Shown in pieces: positions 39,871 through 49,076 of a stretch of DNA of 55,528 bases. Under the pieces are notes generated by a model. That model saw only the letters and a list, made by a program, of their open reading frames with translations. It was not told the origin of the DNA and did not search any database. Origin of the DNA: Candidatus Hydrogenedentota bacterium (GTDB taxonomy: Bacteria > Hydrogenedentota > Hydrogenedentia > Hydrogenedentales > SLHB01); the NCBI GenBank assembly GCA_045863295.1, contig BTWA01000041.1:1-55528 (forward strand), given 5' to 3'. The position numbers and the translations under genes were made by a program. The number at the start of each line of letters is the position of its first letter. The stretch's first letter is position 1.

Positions 39871-40696
39871 TATTTCTCCAGAGACGGCAGTAGAAAAAGA
39901 GCAGAGGCTCAAGATTATCGTGCGAGAATACGGGACGCTGGCTGTCGCCTATTCGGGCGGAGTGGACTCGTCCTATCTGGCTGATATTGCACACGAGACC
40001 TTGGGCGTGAACGCGCGAATTCTACTTGCAGATTCTCCCAGCGTACCGCGATCCGAGGTCGAGGAAGCGACGGAGTTGGCCCATAGACGTGGATGGCAAT
40101 TCGAGATTATCTACACGACCGAGTTTGAAAATGACGCCTATCTAAAGAATGACGGTACTCGGTGCTATCATTGCCGGTCCGCGCTTTTTCATACAATGGC
40201 CGCCTATGCCCGCTCCAACGGAATTAAAGTGATGGCTTACGGCGAAATCGTGGACGATTTGCAGGATCCCACCCGGTTGGGCGCTGTGGCCGCGAAACAG
40301 TACAAGGTGGTGGCGCCGCTTACCGCGGCCGGTCTGTCAAAAGTAGAGATTCGCATGCTCAGCGAGCGTCGTGGATTGCCCACGGCAGACAAGCCCTCAT
40401 TTGCCTGCCTGTCTTCTCGATTCCCGGTAGGCACGCCGGTTACCGTGGACGATTTGAAGAAGGTAGAATCAACCGAGGAAGCCTTAAAACGCCTCGGATT
40501 CCGGCAGTATAGGGCGCGCCACCATGGTGATCTGTGTCGAATTGAAATCGACTTGGAGGATGTGCCCAAGCTGTTGGACCGTTCCACTCGCGACAAAGTG
40601 GTGGAGGCTGCCAAAGTTGCCGGGTATCGTTTTGTGACACTGGATCTGGTCGGGTACAAAACAGGAAGTATTGCCGGCATCGTAAACGATTATTGA
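39860..40696 (+). CDS. larE: LarE-family ATP-dependent sulfur transferase
   Basis: AYSGGVDS PP-loop, RCYHCR, KPSFACLSSRFP.G, RARHHG..RIE, FVTLDL.GYK.GS. Confidence 0.9.
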   Translation: MQTDISPETAVEKEQRLKIIVREYGTLAVAYSGGVDSSYLADIAHETLGVNARILLADSPSVPRSEVEEATELAHRRGWQFEIIYTTEFENDAYLKNDGTRCYHCRSALFHTMAAYARSNGIKVMAYGEIVDDLQDPTRLGAVAAKQYKVVAPLTAAGLSKVEIRMLSERRGLPTADKPSFACLSSRFPVGTPVTVDDLKKVESTEEALKRLGFRQYRARHHGDLCRIEIDLEDVPKLLDRSTRDKVVEAAKVAGYRFVTLDLVGYKTGSIAGIVNDY

Positions 40697-42105
40697 GGAA
40701 TGTAGATCAGCGTCAGCGATTCATAAGCAGCCGCCAATGCCAGCCAAAGACCAATGAATACGATTCCAGTCGCCAGTCCTTGCAGTGATTGGATGCCTGC
40801 GTGCCTGTCCCGGAATAGTATCCACTTAATCATGCCTATCGCATAAGCGACGATAACAAACAGGGCGATGGTATAGGCTTCGACCTCAATCGCGACCGTA
40901 ATGGAGTGGTAAGTATACCCTGCCATGATCCCTGCCCAATTGGGGCACAGAGCAAATCCCGCCACGGCCAAACTGAGCAGCATCTTACCGTAGCCGAGTG
41001 CCGTGCCTAAAAGTGGGACGAAACCCGGCAATAAGACGGTGGCAAATGTCTGCACCACGAAATTGTTGCGCCAGGTTTGCCACGTGGCAGCAGCGACGTT
41101 TTTGGATATGTAGGCGTCCCCAAGACTCTTTAGTTCGCCTTGAGTAAAGATCTCCGTGACGAATTGCAGGACCTGTAGATGCATATGCGGAAATGCCAAT
41201 GCGGCCATCATGGGAATCATCAAAGCAGCATATGTAGACACGTGAACCGCGAACAACAACGTGCGATGAGTTTGGAACATGCGCGTAAGAGGCCGTAAGG
41301 CTGCGACGTTGCGACTGGTCCATTCAACCAACCTCAATTGCAGTATGGCCGATGCAACGATGACCAAGAGCAGCCCTGCAATGGCCAATATGGCCGGCGC
41401 GCGCGAAACGTACACCATCGGCATAACCAGACTTGCGTCTTCCGACTTCAGCAGCGGTTCCAGTTCGTCTCGCCAATCGGGATGGTCGGTTTGACCGTGT
41501 GGTGCGTACCAACCTTTCAACGCCTCCGGATGATCGTCAAACATCGAATCGAACGCGGCCGCCTTGGGAAGGAGAAACGAGAACAACAGTCCGGCCGAAC
41601 CGCCTTTCAAAATTCCTGTGACCTCAAACCTCTGTCCGTCCATCACAAACGAATCGACCCGGCATAACGGGCCGGCTAGTACACCTGAGCTGCCTGGGGT
41701 GGGCAAATGTCCGCTTGCCAATACGGACTCGAGTACCGTGGTATCGAACTCAGCGTATACGACCGACTCACGAAGATTAAGACCGAGCAATTCCGCGGCA
41801 ATTTTACCGTCATCGGTTGTTTCCAATTGCTCGAGCAAGGAGGATTTGGGTGGGAAGTTCTCGTCGGGTAGCTTGCGGCGGAGCACCGGAAGGGCCTCGT
41901 CCCAAATCGGATCCGTGCCGAGAACAAGAAGCGCGTCCTTCCACGGCTCACTTTTCAGCGTGTGGTTTTCCCACACGGTGGCCAGGGCGATTATGGAAAC
42001 GCCCAACAGGACGAGGCAAGTCAGCAACAGGAAATGCGGTCTGGTCGCTGCCTCAGCGTGTGCTGCAGCGCCGTCGTCGAACGGGGGGAGAGACGTCTGT
42101 GTCAC
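40690..42105 (-). CDS. Membrane protein with extracytoplasmic MacB-like segment and C-terminal SpoIIM/DUF95-like domain
   Basis: N-terminal TM; SGHLP...VLAG...DGQRFEVTGIL; multiple C-terminal TMs with W.NNF and H.....E.EAY; GTG overlaps the upstream stop. Confidence 0.55.
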   Translation of the reverse strand: MTQTSLPPFDDGAAAHAEAATRPHFLLLTCLVLLGVSIIALATVWENHTLKSEPWKDALLVLGTDPIWDEALPVLRRKLPDENFPPKSSLLEQLETTDDGKIAAELLGLNLRESVVYAEFDTTVLESVLASGHLPTPGSSGVLAGPLCRVDSFVMDGQRFEVTGILKGGSAGLLFSFLLPKAAAFDSMFDDHPEALKGWYAPHGQTDHPDWRDELEPLLKSEDASLVMPMVYVSRAPAILAIAGLLLVIVASAILQLRLVEWTSRNVAALRPLTRMFQTHRTLLFAVHVSTYAALMIPMMAALAFPHMHLQVLQFVTEIFTQGELKSLGDAYISKNVAAATWQTWRNNFVVQTFATVLLPGFVPLLGTALGYGKMLLSLAVAGFALCPNWAGIMAGYTYHSITVAIEVEAYTIALFVIVAYAIGMIKWILFRDRHAGIQSLQGLATGIVFIGLWLALAAAYESLTLIYIPQ

Positions 42106-43514
42106 GCGGCGGGCTGCTCCAATGGTGCCTCCGGCCCATTGAGTAAATTCACAAGTTGGTGCAATCCTTCTGCAAACCAGGCTTCTTGATCCGGTCCAAA
42201 CCAAGACATAACGTACATTTCATAGCTGTCATCACCACTCGGCTTGGAAGTTGTATAGTACCGTGCGGGTGAAACGTAGCCAATGTAGTCGCCGTTGAAA
42301 CTGAGCACCCAGAGTGCTAAGCCCTGTTCCTTTGCCCATGCCTCCATTTCCACGCTCAGTTCTCCGCTGAAGTCACAAGGTGTGCCATAAAAGAACTGAT
42401 TGCCGATGCGCAGCCCGTGTATCCATGCATCGTTGTCCACGCCGGCCAAGCCCAACAGAAATGGCGATACTCGCCAACTCGGATTGATGCGAAGCTGGAA
42501 TGGCGGCGTCTTGAATTGTGCAGAAGTCGAGGCAATGTCCACATGAGTTTCAAATGCGGCCCCCGCGCACGCTTCCTTTATGCGCGTAGCCAGTGCATTT
42601 CCCATTGCCTCTGCGCGCGCAAATCCGTCAGGGCCTTCCGGTGCCTTGGGGCCCATGCTGCCAACGGCGCCTGCCAGGTATACAGCGAAGGTGTCGGGCT
42701 CCCGTTCGAGTGCCCGCTGAAGATAACCCGGAAAGTCTCCGCTGAATTTCATATTACTTCCACCCAACACCGTGGAATGGGCCGAGTAACGGCTCACAAT
42801 GCAACGCTTGCCGTCGTCCCGTTCAACAATCATGTAATTCAACCCGGGATCGACGGCTGCTTCGCGCGACCGGTTCCTTATGTAATCCGGCGCGTCCAAC
42901 CGGCCTGACGCAATCTTCGCTTCGGACAAATCGCCGTTGGCGCTTGTAATGGCTTCGACGAAGCCCTTAGTAATTGCCTCAGGTATCGCAGGGTCGTATT
43001 TGCCCATAAACATGGAAGCCATCAGTCCGGGACCAAACCCGCCCGGTCCTGAATGCGAATGCGAGGCGTTGAACAACAGGTTTCGCGGATCGAGATCCGT
43101 TTGTTCCGCAACTGCTGCTCGTACGGCATCGGCCACGTTTTCGGGTACGATGAGCATATCGGATCCGACTAACGCAATTTTGTCATGCCCATCCGTCATT
43201 ACTATTGCTTTGGCAAAAAGTTCGTCGGCAATTCCGATTGAGGGTTTGCCGCCGCGATCGCCATACCCGGCCAACGGAATGCCTACGCGGGGGATGATGC
43301 TGCCTTTACCCCAACCCGCGCGAAGCCGGCCGGGAGTTGACGAAATCTGGGACTTTGCCGCTTGTTGCTCCAAGGACGTTACCATGGACTTGAATCGTTT
43401 GGACGCTTGCACGTCTGAGGGGCCATATGTCGGCCACGGGCCGATTAGCGTCACGAAGGCAATGACAAGAACCACAACGACGCCCAACGCAATCTTCAGA
43501 ATTCTCTTCAACAT
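42102..43514 (-). CDS. Neutral/alkaline ceramidase N-terminal-domain protein, membrane-anchored
   Basis: PLAGYG.R, NASHSHSGP, AHST, SGDFPG, GAVGS, FNGDYIGY motifs. Confidence 0.85.
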   Translation of the reverse strand: MLKRILKIALGVVVVLVIAFVTLIGPWPTYGPSDVQASKRFKSMVTSLEQQAAKSQISSTPGRLRAGWGKGSIIPRVGIPLAGYGDRGGKPSIGIADELFAKAIVMTDGHDKIALVGSDMLIVPENVADAVRAAVAEQTDLDPRNLLFNASHSHSGPGGFGPGLMASMFMGKYDPAIPEAITKGFVEAITSANGDLSEAKIASGRLDAPDYIRNRSREAAVDPGLNYMIVERDDGKRCIVSRYSAHSTVLGGSNMKFSGDFPGYLQRALEREPDTFAVYLAGAVGSMGPKAPEGPDGFARAEAMGNALATRIKEACAGAAFETHVDIASTSAQFKTPPFQLRINPSWRVSPFLLGLAGVDNDAWIHGLRIGNQFFYGTPCDFSGELSVEMEAWAKEQGLALWVLSFNGDYIGYVSPARYYTTSKPSGDDSYEMYVMSWFGPDQEAWFAEGLHQLVNLLNGPEAPLEQPAA

Positions 43515-43523
43515 GTTCGCAAC

Positions 43524-44558
43524 CTAGTCCTGGTCTATGGACACTTTCAACACATTTTCGGACGCCTTGGAAACTATCTCAAACCCTTCGCACGTCTTTT
43601 CCAAAGGTAGGTTGTGGGTGATAACCGAACTCACATCAATTCGTTTTTGTGCCACGAGCGTAATGGCCGTGGGAAAGTTGAATAGAAAGCGCCGGCACCA
43701 CGTTAGGGTCAGTTCTTTGCGCCGGGCGATATCCACCGGAATCACGCCGTTTTGCTCACCCGAGATCCCTACCATTACACCTCGCCCCGCCGGACGCATG
43801 ACGTGGCAGGCTATGCCGGGCGTCTCGGTGGATCGGGCACAGTCTATCGCTACGTCCACACCGCGACCCCGGGTCAATTCCTTGATTGTTGTAACGGTGT
43901 CGTGAAGGCCTGCGTTAAACCCGGTATCCACACCGTACTTCAAACTGGCCTCGACTCGGTAATTCAGCAGGTCTGTGCCGTAAATGGTACCCGCGCCCGC
44001 CAGTCGCGCGCACTGTGCCGTCAACAACCCAATGGGTCCCAGCCCCAATATAGCCACCGTTTCTCCCGGAATGATTCGGGCCAATTCCACCGCATGGAGT
44101 GCCACGGCGAGCGGTTCAATCATGGCCGCCTCCGCCGCCGAGACTTCTTCGGGCACCGGGAAACAGAATGCCGCATGAACCGCAATGTATTCGGCAAACG
44201 CGCCGTTGTTGGGCGGCATTCCGGGAAAAGTGAGTGTTGGGCATACATTGTAATGCCCTTTCTGGCAAAACTCGCAACGTAGACATGGGATGCCGGGTTC
44301 CACCGCCACCCGTTTTCCAACGAGGCTCGGGTCAGCTTCGCTTCCTACGGCCTCAACGATGCCGGCATATTCATGTCCAAGTATGAGGGGCTCGGTGAGA
44401 ACCGTGCGTCCAATGCGCCCCTCTTCAAAGTAGTGCATGTCCGAACCACAAATTCCGGTGGATTCTATTCGGATTAAGGCTTCGTGAGGAAGGGGTAATG
44501 GTTTGGGAATGTCCACCATACGCATCGTGTGAGGTGCAACCCATTGAACGGCTTTCAT
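43524..44558 (-). CDS. Zinc-dependent MDR dehydrogenase (sorbitol/polyol dehydrogenase-like)
   Basis: GICGSD.H, GHE, CLRCEFC.....NVC structural Zn site, EPLAV, GLGPIG. Confidence 0.93.
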   Translation of the reverse strand: MKAVQWVAPHTMRMVDIPKPLPLPHEALIRIESTGICGSDMHYFEEGRIGRTVLTEPLILGHEYAGIVEAVGSEADPSLVGKRVAVEPGIPCLRCEFCQKGHYNVCPTLTFPGMPPNNGAFAEYIAVHAAFCFPVPEEVSAAEAAMIEPLAVALHAVELARIIPGETVAILGLGPIGLLTAQCARLAGAGTIYGTDLLNYRVEASLKYGVDTGFNAGLHDTVTTIKELTRGRGVDVAIDCARSTETPGIACHVMRPAGRGVMVGISGEQNGVIPVDIARRKELTLTWCRRFLFNFPTAITLVAQKRIDVSSVITHNLPLEKTCEGFEIVSKASENVLKVSIDQD

Positions 44559-44621
44559 AGTGGAAAATCTTCCTTGGAGTAGGGGGAGATAGCACGTTAC
44601 CATTACCATGTGCGTCAAGGC

Positions 44622-44661
44622 AAAAAGAAACGGCGGCAACAGGTGAAACCGTTGCCGCCGT
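44622..44661 (-). terminator. Rho-independent terminator of the degenerate GGDEF gene
   Basis: ACGGCGGCAAC/GTTGCCGCCGT stem followed by TTCTTTTT on the - strand. Confidence 0.85.
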
Positions 44662-44676
44662 ATTGGAAACTACGTC

Positions 44677-45249
44677 TTAGTGGATTGTGCCGGGTTGCGA
44701 TTGAGTACCCGCTTCAGGAGCGTTTGGTCGGAGATGGCGGGCCACGGAATTGTGCCTGTCCATCGCCAGTTTGAGGAAGTCGTCGGCCAGGTTGGCATCG
44801 ACCGGAAAACTGGTCAACGTGTAGCCGTATCCGCGCATGAACTGTTCCAGATCTCCGTTAATCCGATCCAACACTTTCTGAGCACCATCTTCAGGGGTCT
44901 CTACAAGCAAAATTGCCAAACCGTGTGTGCTGAGGGAAAATACCTGATCTGATGCACGGAGTTCTTCTTCGAGGCGTTTGCCTAAATTGAAAAGGATTTC
45001 TTCTCCGTTCACTGGAGCACACAATGTGACCAGCGTGGTCGAAGACGGATAACGGATAGACCTCTCGATTTCTTCTGTAACTCGTGCATGCAAGTACGTT
45101 TCCGTACGAAGACCAGTACTTGGGTCGCGATAGGCGAGCTTCTCGAGGAGATGGCAGCGCCGTTCCAACTCGCTTCGCTGGCGAATCTCGTCCCGGAGGC
45201 GCGCCTGCAAATCTTCTATTGCGGACTTTAACGACTGCAAATCATCCAT
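44677..45249 (-). CDS. Coiled-coil + degenerate GGDEF protein retaining RxxD I-site (putative c-di-GMP receptor)
   Basis: AYRDPSTGL...EEIERS.R entry motif; RASD-QVFSL-STHGL in place of RxxD-x5-GGDEF; LLVETPEDGA.....RI; SFPVD; GGGAGAG RBS. Confidence 0.8.
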   Translation of the reverse strand: MDDLQSLKSAIEDLQARLRDEIRQRSELERRCHLLEKLAYRDPSTGLRTETYLHARVTEEIERSIRYPSSTTLVTLCAPVNGEEILFNLGKRLEEELRASDQVFSLSTHGLAILLVETPEDGAQKVLDRINGDLEQFMRGYGYTLTSFPVDANLADDFLKLAMDRHNSVARHLRPNAPEAGTQSQPGTIH

Positions 45250-45275
45250 GCTGTCTCTCCCACTCATCTTGAAGG

Positions 45276-45292
45276 AGCAAAACACATGCCAA
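45276..45292 (-). promoter_or_regulatory. sigma54 (-24/-12) promoter for the degenerate GGDEF gene
   Basis: TTGGCATGTGTTTTGCT on the - strand (GG-N10-GC), about 27 bp upstream of ATG 45249. Confidence 0.8.
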
Positions 45293-45346
45293 GGCGTGCA
45301 AACGGGCCATTATCCTTCCAACCCCTTAAAACTCGACCCCTTAGGC

Positions 45347-45375
45347 AATATATTGTATTTGTCGAGGGATGTCAA
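45347..45375 (-). promoter_or_regulatory. Putative sigma70 promoter, leftward
   Basis: TTGACA-17 bp-TATATT on the - strand. Confidence 0.55.
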
Positions 45376-45453
45376 TCCTCTATCAAGTGGGCGTAAGGTG
45401 TTCAACTTTGACAACTTTTTTACTTGATTAGACATATTGGGTGTGTCAATCGC

Positions 45454-45482
45454 TTGACATCCCACATGATGTTGTTTAGCAT
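45454..45482 (+). promoter_or_regulatory. Putative sigma70 promoter for the pseudo-kinase/activator operon
   Basis: TTGACA-17 bp-TAGCAT. Confidence 0.6.
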
Positions 45483-45617
45483 AAAGCGGGTCAAGCTTCG
45501 GGGAGCCGACCTAACTCGTTGCTAACGGTAAGCTTCGGTGGCTTTTTTGTGGATGCCTGACGGTCTACGGAAAACCAGTCCGTCAAAATGTTACATCGTT
45601 GTCAAAAGGGCTAACAA

Positions 45618-47288
45618 TTGTCCGAAATACCCAAAGCTAGCACGCCCCCCCGTGTCCTCCTCGTGGAAGACGAAGTAATCCAATTGGAATTCCTGTGCCG
45701 TCTTTTGACCAAAGAAGGCTATATCTGCGATTCCGCCACAACCTGTGCAGAAGGGAAGCGACTCTTTGAAAAAGGGCGTTATGCCTGTGCACTGGTCGAC
45801 CTTGGACTGCCCGACGGAAATGGCCTTTCACTGATTGAGGCATTTCACGAGATTGACCCATGCCTCGTTTCGGTCGTGCTCACGGGGGATTCGTCGGTCG
45901 ATACCGTGGTTGGCACGTTGCGATCGGGAGCATTCGACTTCCTTGCGAAACCTGCAGGTATTGAGACATTGCAGGCCACTCTCAAGCGAGCCATGTCTCA
46001 CCATCAACTTTTGATCGAACGAAACGAGTTGCTTCAGCTCTTGTTGGAGGAACGCGAGCAGTTGCGAGAAAGGGTGGAGGCTGCTACGGCCGATATCCGT
46101 GCGTTTGCCGCCGCCACCGAAGTGAGCAACGCGCGATTGCGCACACTTCTGCGATTGACGCAGTTTGCCCATACCAACTACGGGGAAGACCAGCTTCTTT
46201 TGCAGGTGGTGGAAGAGCTCCGGAGACATTTGCCTGTGCGCGCCGTAGCCGTGTGCGACGTGACACGGATGAGATTTGCCGCGGTCTGCGTGTTCGAGAA
46301 TGGCGGCACGGAATTCATTTCTGGAGAAAGCGGACAATCGCAAACATCTATAGATTCAGTCATTTCGCAGCGCGATCCGGGCATGTTGATCTCAAGTTGG
46401 TTGGAGCAGAACACGGATCTTGACGTTGGACAATTGCAGGGGTTTGTATTCACACAACGCTATTCCAACCAGACTTCATTCATCGTGGCGATATATAGTG
46501 AGTCCGATCCTGCGCACGATTTGTCCAGAGAAGAGTTCCTTGATATGTGCGCCCATTTCATCGGAATGGAATGGGAACGCACGGGCTTGCTCTACCACGT
46601 GGCCCACCAGGCCAGCTTGGGAAATATAGCAGTGGAACTGGCCCGGAACTTTGTACAGCCGTTGACGGCGATTCAGACTGCGGCTGACTATGTTAATGAA
46701 GCGAACCCAAGCCCGGAAGTAACGGAAGGAATGACCATTATCCAGGAAAGCGTCGATCGATTGCGCCGGCAAGTGCAAGAGTATCGCAAGCTATCCTTGC
46801 AGCGGGAAGATTCCGTCGAAACAGTACGACTCGATGAGTATGTATCGCAAGCCATCGGCATGCTTACCGTGGCTATTCAGAATCGGGGCGTAAAGATCCA
46901 AACGGAGTTTATGGACGATTGCGAATGCATACTCTTGAATGGAACGGCGCTGGCCCGCACATTTCTCGACGTGGTGCTGGGTGCGCTGAGGGAAGTGGAA
47001 ATTGGCGGAAACCTTGCATTGCAACTGGCGGCCATTGGTCACGATCATGTGAATTTTTCTGTTATGTACATGGCCCAGCGCGAACGGGGAGAAGGAGATT
47101 CCCGCGGCTTTGCGTCGTCGTCGGCAGACGTCGGCATTGAACCCATTCTGCAACTGGCCGAGCGGACCATCCACCGTTGCGCAGGCACGCTTCGAATGGA
47201 TCGCGACGACGACGGCCAGACGGCAATCCGCATTGTGCTGCCCCGGAATGCGACCCGCACTGGAGAAGCGTGGGAGGCCGTACGGTGA
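45618..47288 (+). CDS. Receiver-GAF-like-degenerate histidine kinase (pseudokinase)
   Basis: Intact receiver (VEDE, VDLGLPDGNG, LTG, KP). H-box reads SLGNIAVELARNFVQPLTAI with no His; N box and DxGxG absent. Confidence 0.8.
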   Translation: MSEIPKASTPPRVLLVEDEVIQLEFLCRLLTKEGYICDSATTCAEGKRLFEKGRYACALVDLGLPDGNGLSLIEAFHEIDPCLVSVVLTGDSSVDTVVGTLRSGAFDFLAKPAGIETLQATLKRAMSHHQLLIERNELLQLLLEEREQLRERVEAATADIRAFAAATEVSNARLRTLLRLTQFAHTNYGEDQLLLQVVEELRRHLPVRAVAVCDVTRMRFAAVCVFENGGTEFISGESGQSQTSIDSVISQRDPGMLISSWLEQNTDLDVGQLQGFVFTQRYSNQTSFIVAIYSESDPAHDLSREEFLDMCAHFIGMEWERTGLLYHVAHQASLGNIAVELARNFVQPLTAIQTAADYVNEANPSPEVTEGMTIIQESVDRLRRQVQEYRKLSLQREDSVETVRLDEYVSQAIGMLTVAIQNRGVKIQTEFMDDCECILLNGTALARTFLDVVLGALREVEIGGNLALQLAAIGHDHVNFSVMYMAQRERGEGDSRGFASSSADVGIEPILQLAERTIHRCAGTLRMDRDDDGQTAIRIVLPRNATRTGEAWEAVR

Positions 47289-48730
47289 GCGCATTTAATC
47301 CTGAGATGGAAGTATCAGACGGAGGCGGGTTCGGCGAGGATGAACCCACCCAGTGGGTAGTTGTCCTGGATACAGATCCTGGAGTGCGATGGGCCCTTCA
47401 GAAAGGACTGGAAAGGTCAGGTTATTTGGTGGAAGCGGCCACCACTATTGCGGATGCGCTGCAACGCGTGAAAGACCGACAGGCCGCGGCCGTTATATTG
47501 GAAATCCTACCGGAAGCAGGACTGACCGCCGAAGCCCTTACCATGCTTGTTGAAACAGAACCGGCTACGCGCGTGATTTGTGTTTCGATAGATACTGCGC
47601 CGCAGATGGTCATTGAATGTATGCGAAGGGGAGCATCCGATTTTCTACCCAAACCGTTTAATCTCGCCGAAATTCGGGCGGCGCTGAGCCGTGCCCTTTT
47701 GCCAGGCGAAGGCAGGCGTCAGATGCTACGTCCCCGGGCTGCCGCGAAGGCTGCCGAGCCGGGGCAGTCGTTTCTCATTGGTATCAGTCCCCTGATTCAA
47801 GAACTCCGCGACGTAATCAAGCGCGTTTCTCAAACCGACCTGAATTGCCTGATCCGCGGAGAAAGTGGTACTGGCAAGGATATGGTTGCTCGAGAATTGC
47901 ACCGTTTGTCTCGGCGCAAAGACAAACCCTTTGTGAAAGTGAATTGCACCGCGTTGCCAGAGCAACTGCTCGAGAGTGAGCTTTTTGGATACGAGAAAGG
48001 TGCATTTACGGGCGCAATCACCTCCAAACCAGGACGCTTTGAACTCGCGCATCGAGGCATCATTTTTCTCGATGAGATCGGGGACATGCACCCGAACTTG
48101 CAAGCAAAGCTTTTGCAGGTCATCGAACATAAGGAATTTACAAAGCTTGGGGGCCGCAAATCAATCCATGTAGATGTGCAGATCATTGCAGCGACAAACG
48201 CCGATTTGGAGTTAAAAACTCGGAATGGGTCTTTTCGAGAAGACCTCTACTTCCGGTTAAATGAAGTCTGCATCTGGGTGCCTCCGCTATCCGCTCGTAA
48301 GGAGGACGTACCCCTGTTGGTGCGCCATTTCATTCAGAAGCATGGAAATTTCGCAGGGGGAAATTCCGTACAGATTGCGGGCTCCGACCTCGAATCGCTC
48401 ACCGCGCACGAATGGCCTGGCAATGTGCGCGAGCTGGAGAGCACCGTTAAGCGTTGGATGGCACTCGGGCAAAATGCCCTGACCGTAGGCAACCGAACGC
48501 AGACTGCGAATGAGCCCAAACACGCGCAGGCACCTTTGTCGGCATCCATCACTGCTTCTGCCACGAATTCGCGAAATCCTGTGGCGGAGCCGGAAATGAG
48601 TGAAGAAGAACGCATTCGGCGGGCGTTGGAGGTGCACCAGTGGAATCGTCGCAAAGCGGCGGACGCGTTGGGGATGAGCTATCAAACGTTGCGACGCAGG
48701 ATTGAAAAGTTTGAGTTGGACCTGCCCTGA
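47285..48730 (+). CDS. sigma54-dependent Fis/NtrC-family activator with atypical receiver
   Basis: GESGTGKD, ESELFGYEKGAFTGA, FLDEIGD, FREDLYFRLN, WPGNVRELE, C-terminal HTH; receiver VLDTD...VILEI. GTG overlaps the upstream TGA, with GGGAGG RBS. Confidence 0.93.
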   Translation: MSAFNPEMEVSDGGGFGEDEPTQWVVVLDTDPGVRWALQKGLERSGYLVEAATTIADALQRVKDRQAAAVILEILPEAGLTAEALTMLVETEPATRVICVSIDTAPQMVIECMRRGASDFLPKPFNLAEIRAALSRALLPGEGRRQMLRPRAAAKAAEPGQSFLIGISPLIQELRDVIKRVSQTDLNCLIRGESGTGKDMVARELHRLSRRKDKPFVKVNCTALPEQLLESELFGYEKGAFTGAITSKPGRFELAHRGIIFLDEIGDMHPNLQAKLLQVIEHKEFTKLGGRKSIHVDVQIIAATNADLELKTRNGSFREDLYFRLNEVCIWVPPLSARKEDVPLLVRHFIQKHGNFAGGNSVQIAGSDLESLTAHEWPGNVRELESTVKRWMALGQNALTVGNRTQTANEPKHAQAPLSASITASATNSRNPVAEPEMSEEERIRRALEVHQWNRRKAADALGMSYQTLRRRIEKFELDLP

Positions 48731-48931
48731 TGCGCCAAATTGCTAATCTGCTTGTTCAGTATTGAGCAACCCTCCCGCAGAAATGATTACAAAAGCAAAC
48801 TCTTGTCTGCCGTTATGCCATATTTCCGCCAGTTTGGTGTACAATAAGGATAAGGTTGAGCGACCTGAAAGGTATATTATAGTTGGATTTATGGAATTTC
48901 ATAATTATCGATTTTGTTAAGAGATAATTTA

Positions 48932-48981
48932 TTGTTCAATTCTGAATATGTTCTGTGACGAAATTGTTCATATCTGACATA
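48932..48981. promoter_or_regulatory. Tandem putative enhancer (UAS) sites
   Basis: TTGTTCA-ATTC-TGAATAT and TTGTTCA-TATC-TGACATA, 32 bp apart and about 100-145 bp upstream of a sigma54 promoter; related copies at 48752 and 45399. Confidence 0.55.
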
Positions 48982-49076
48982 CCTTCCATGGCCTCACCAT
49001 CCGTTGGCGGACAGTTGAATCCAGGCAAAAATCAGTATGTGACTGATTTTAAAGCACTTACCTCTGTGCCAACTTT

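Noticed and set aside
45483..45550. Possible attenuator in the pseudokinase leader (AAGCTTCGG twice, then T6)
   Set aside because: No convincing continuous stem before the T tract.
47700..48360. FleQ-type c-di-GMP-binding motifs in the sigma54 activator
   Set aside because: LFRS and ExxxR equivalents are not evident (QSFLIG; RHFIQK).
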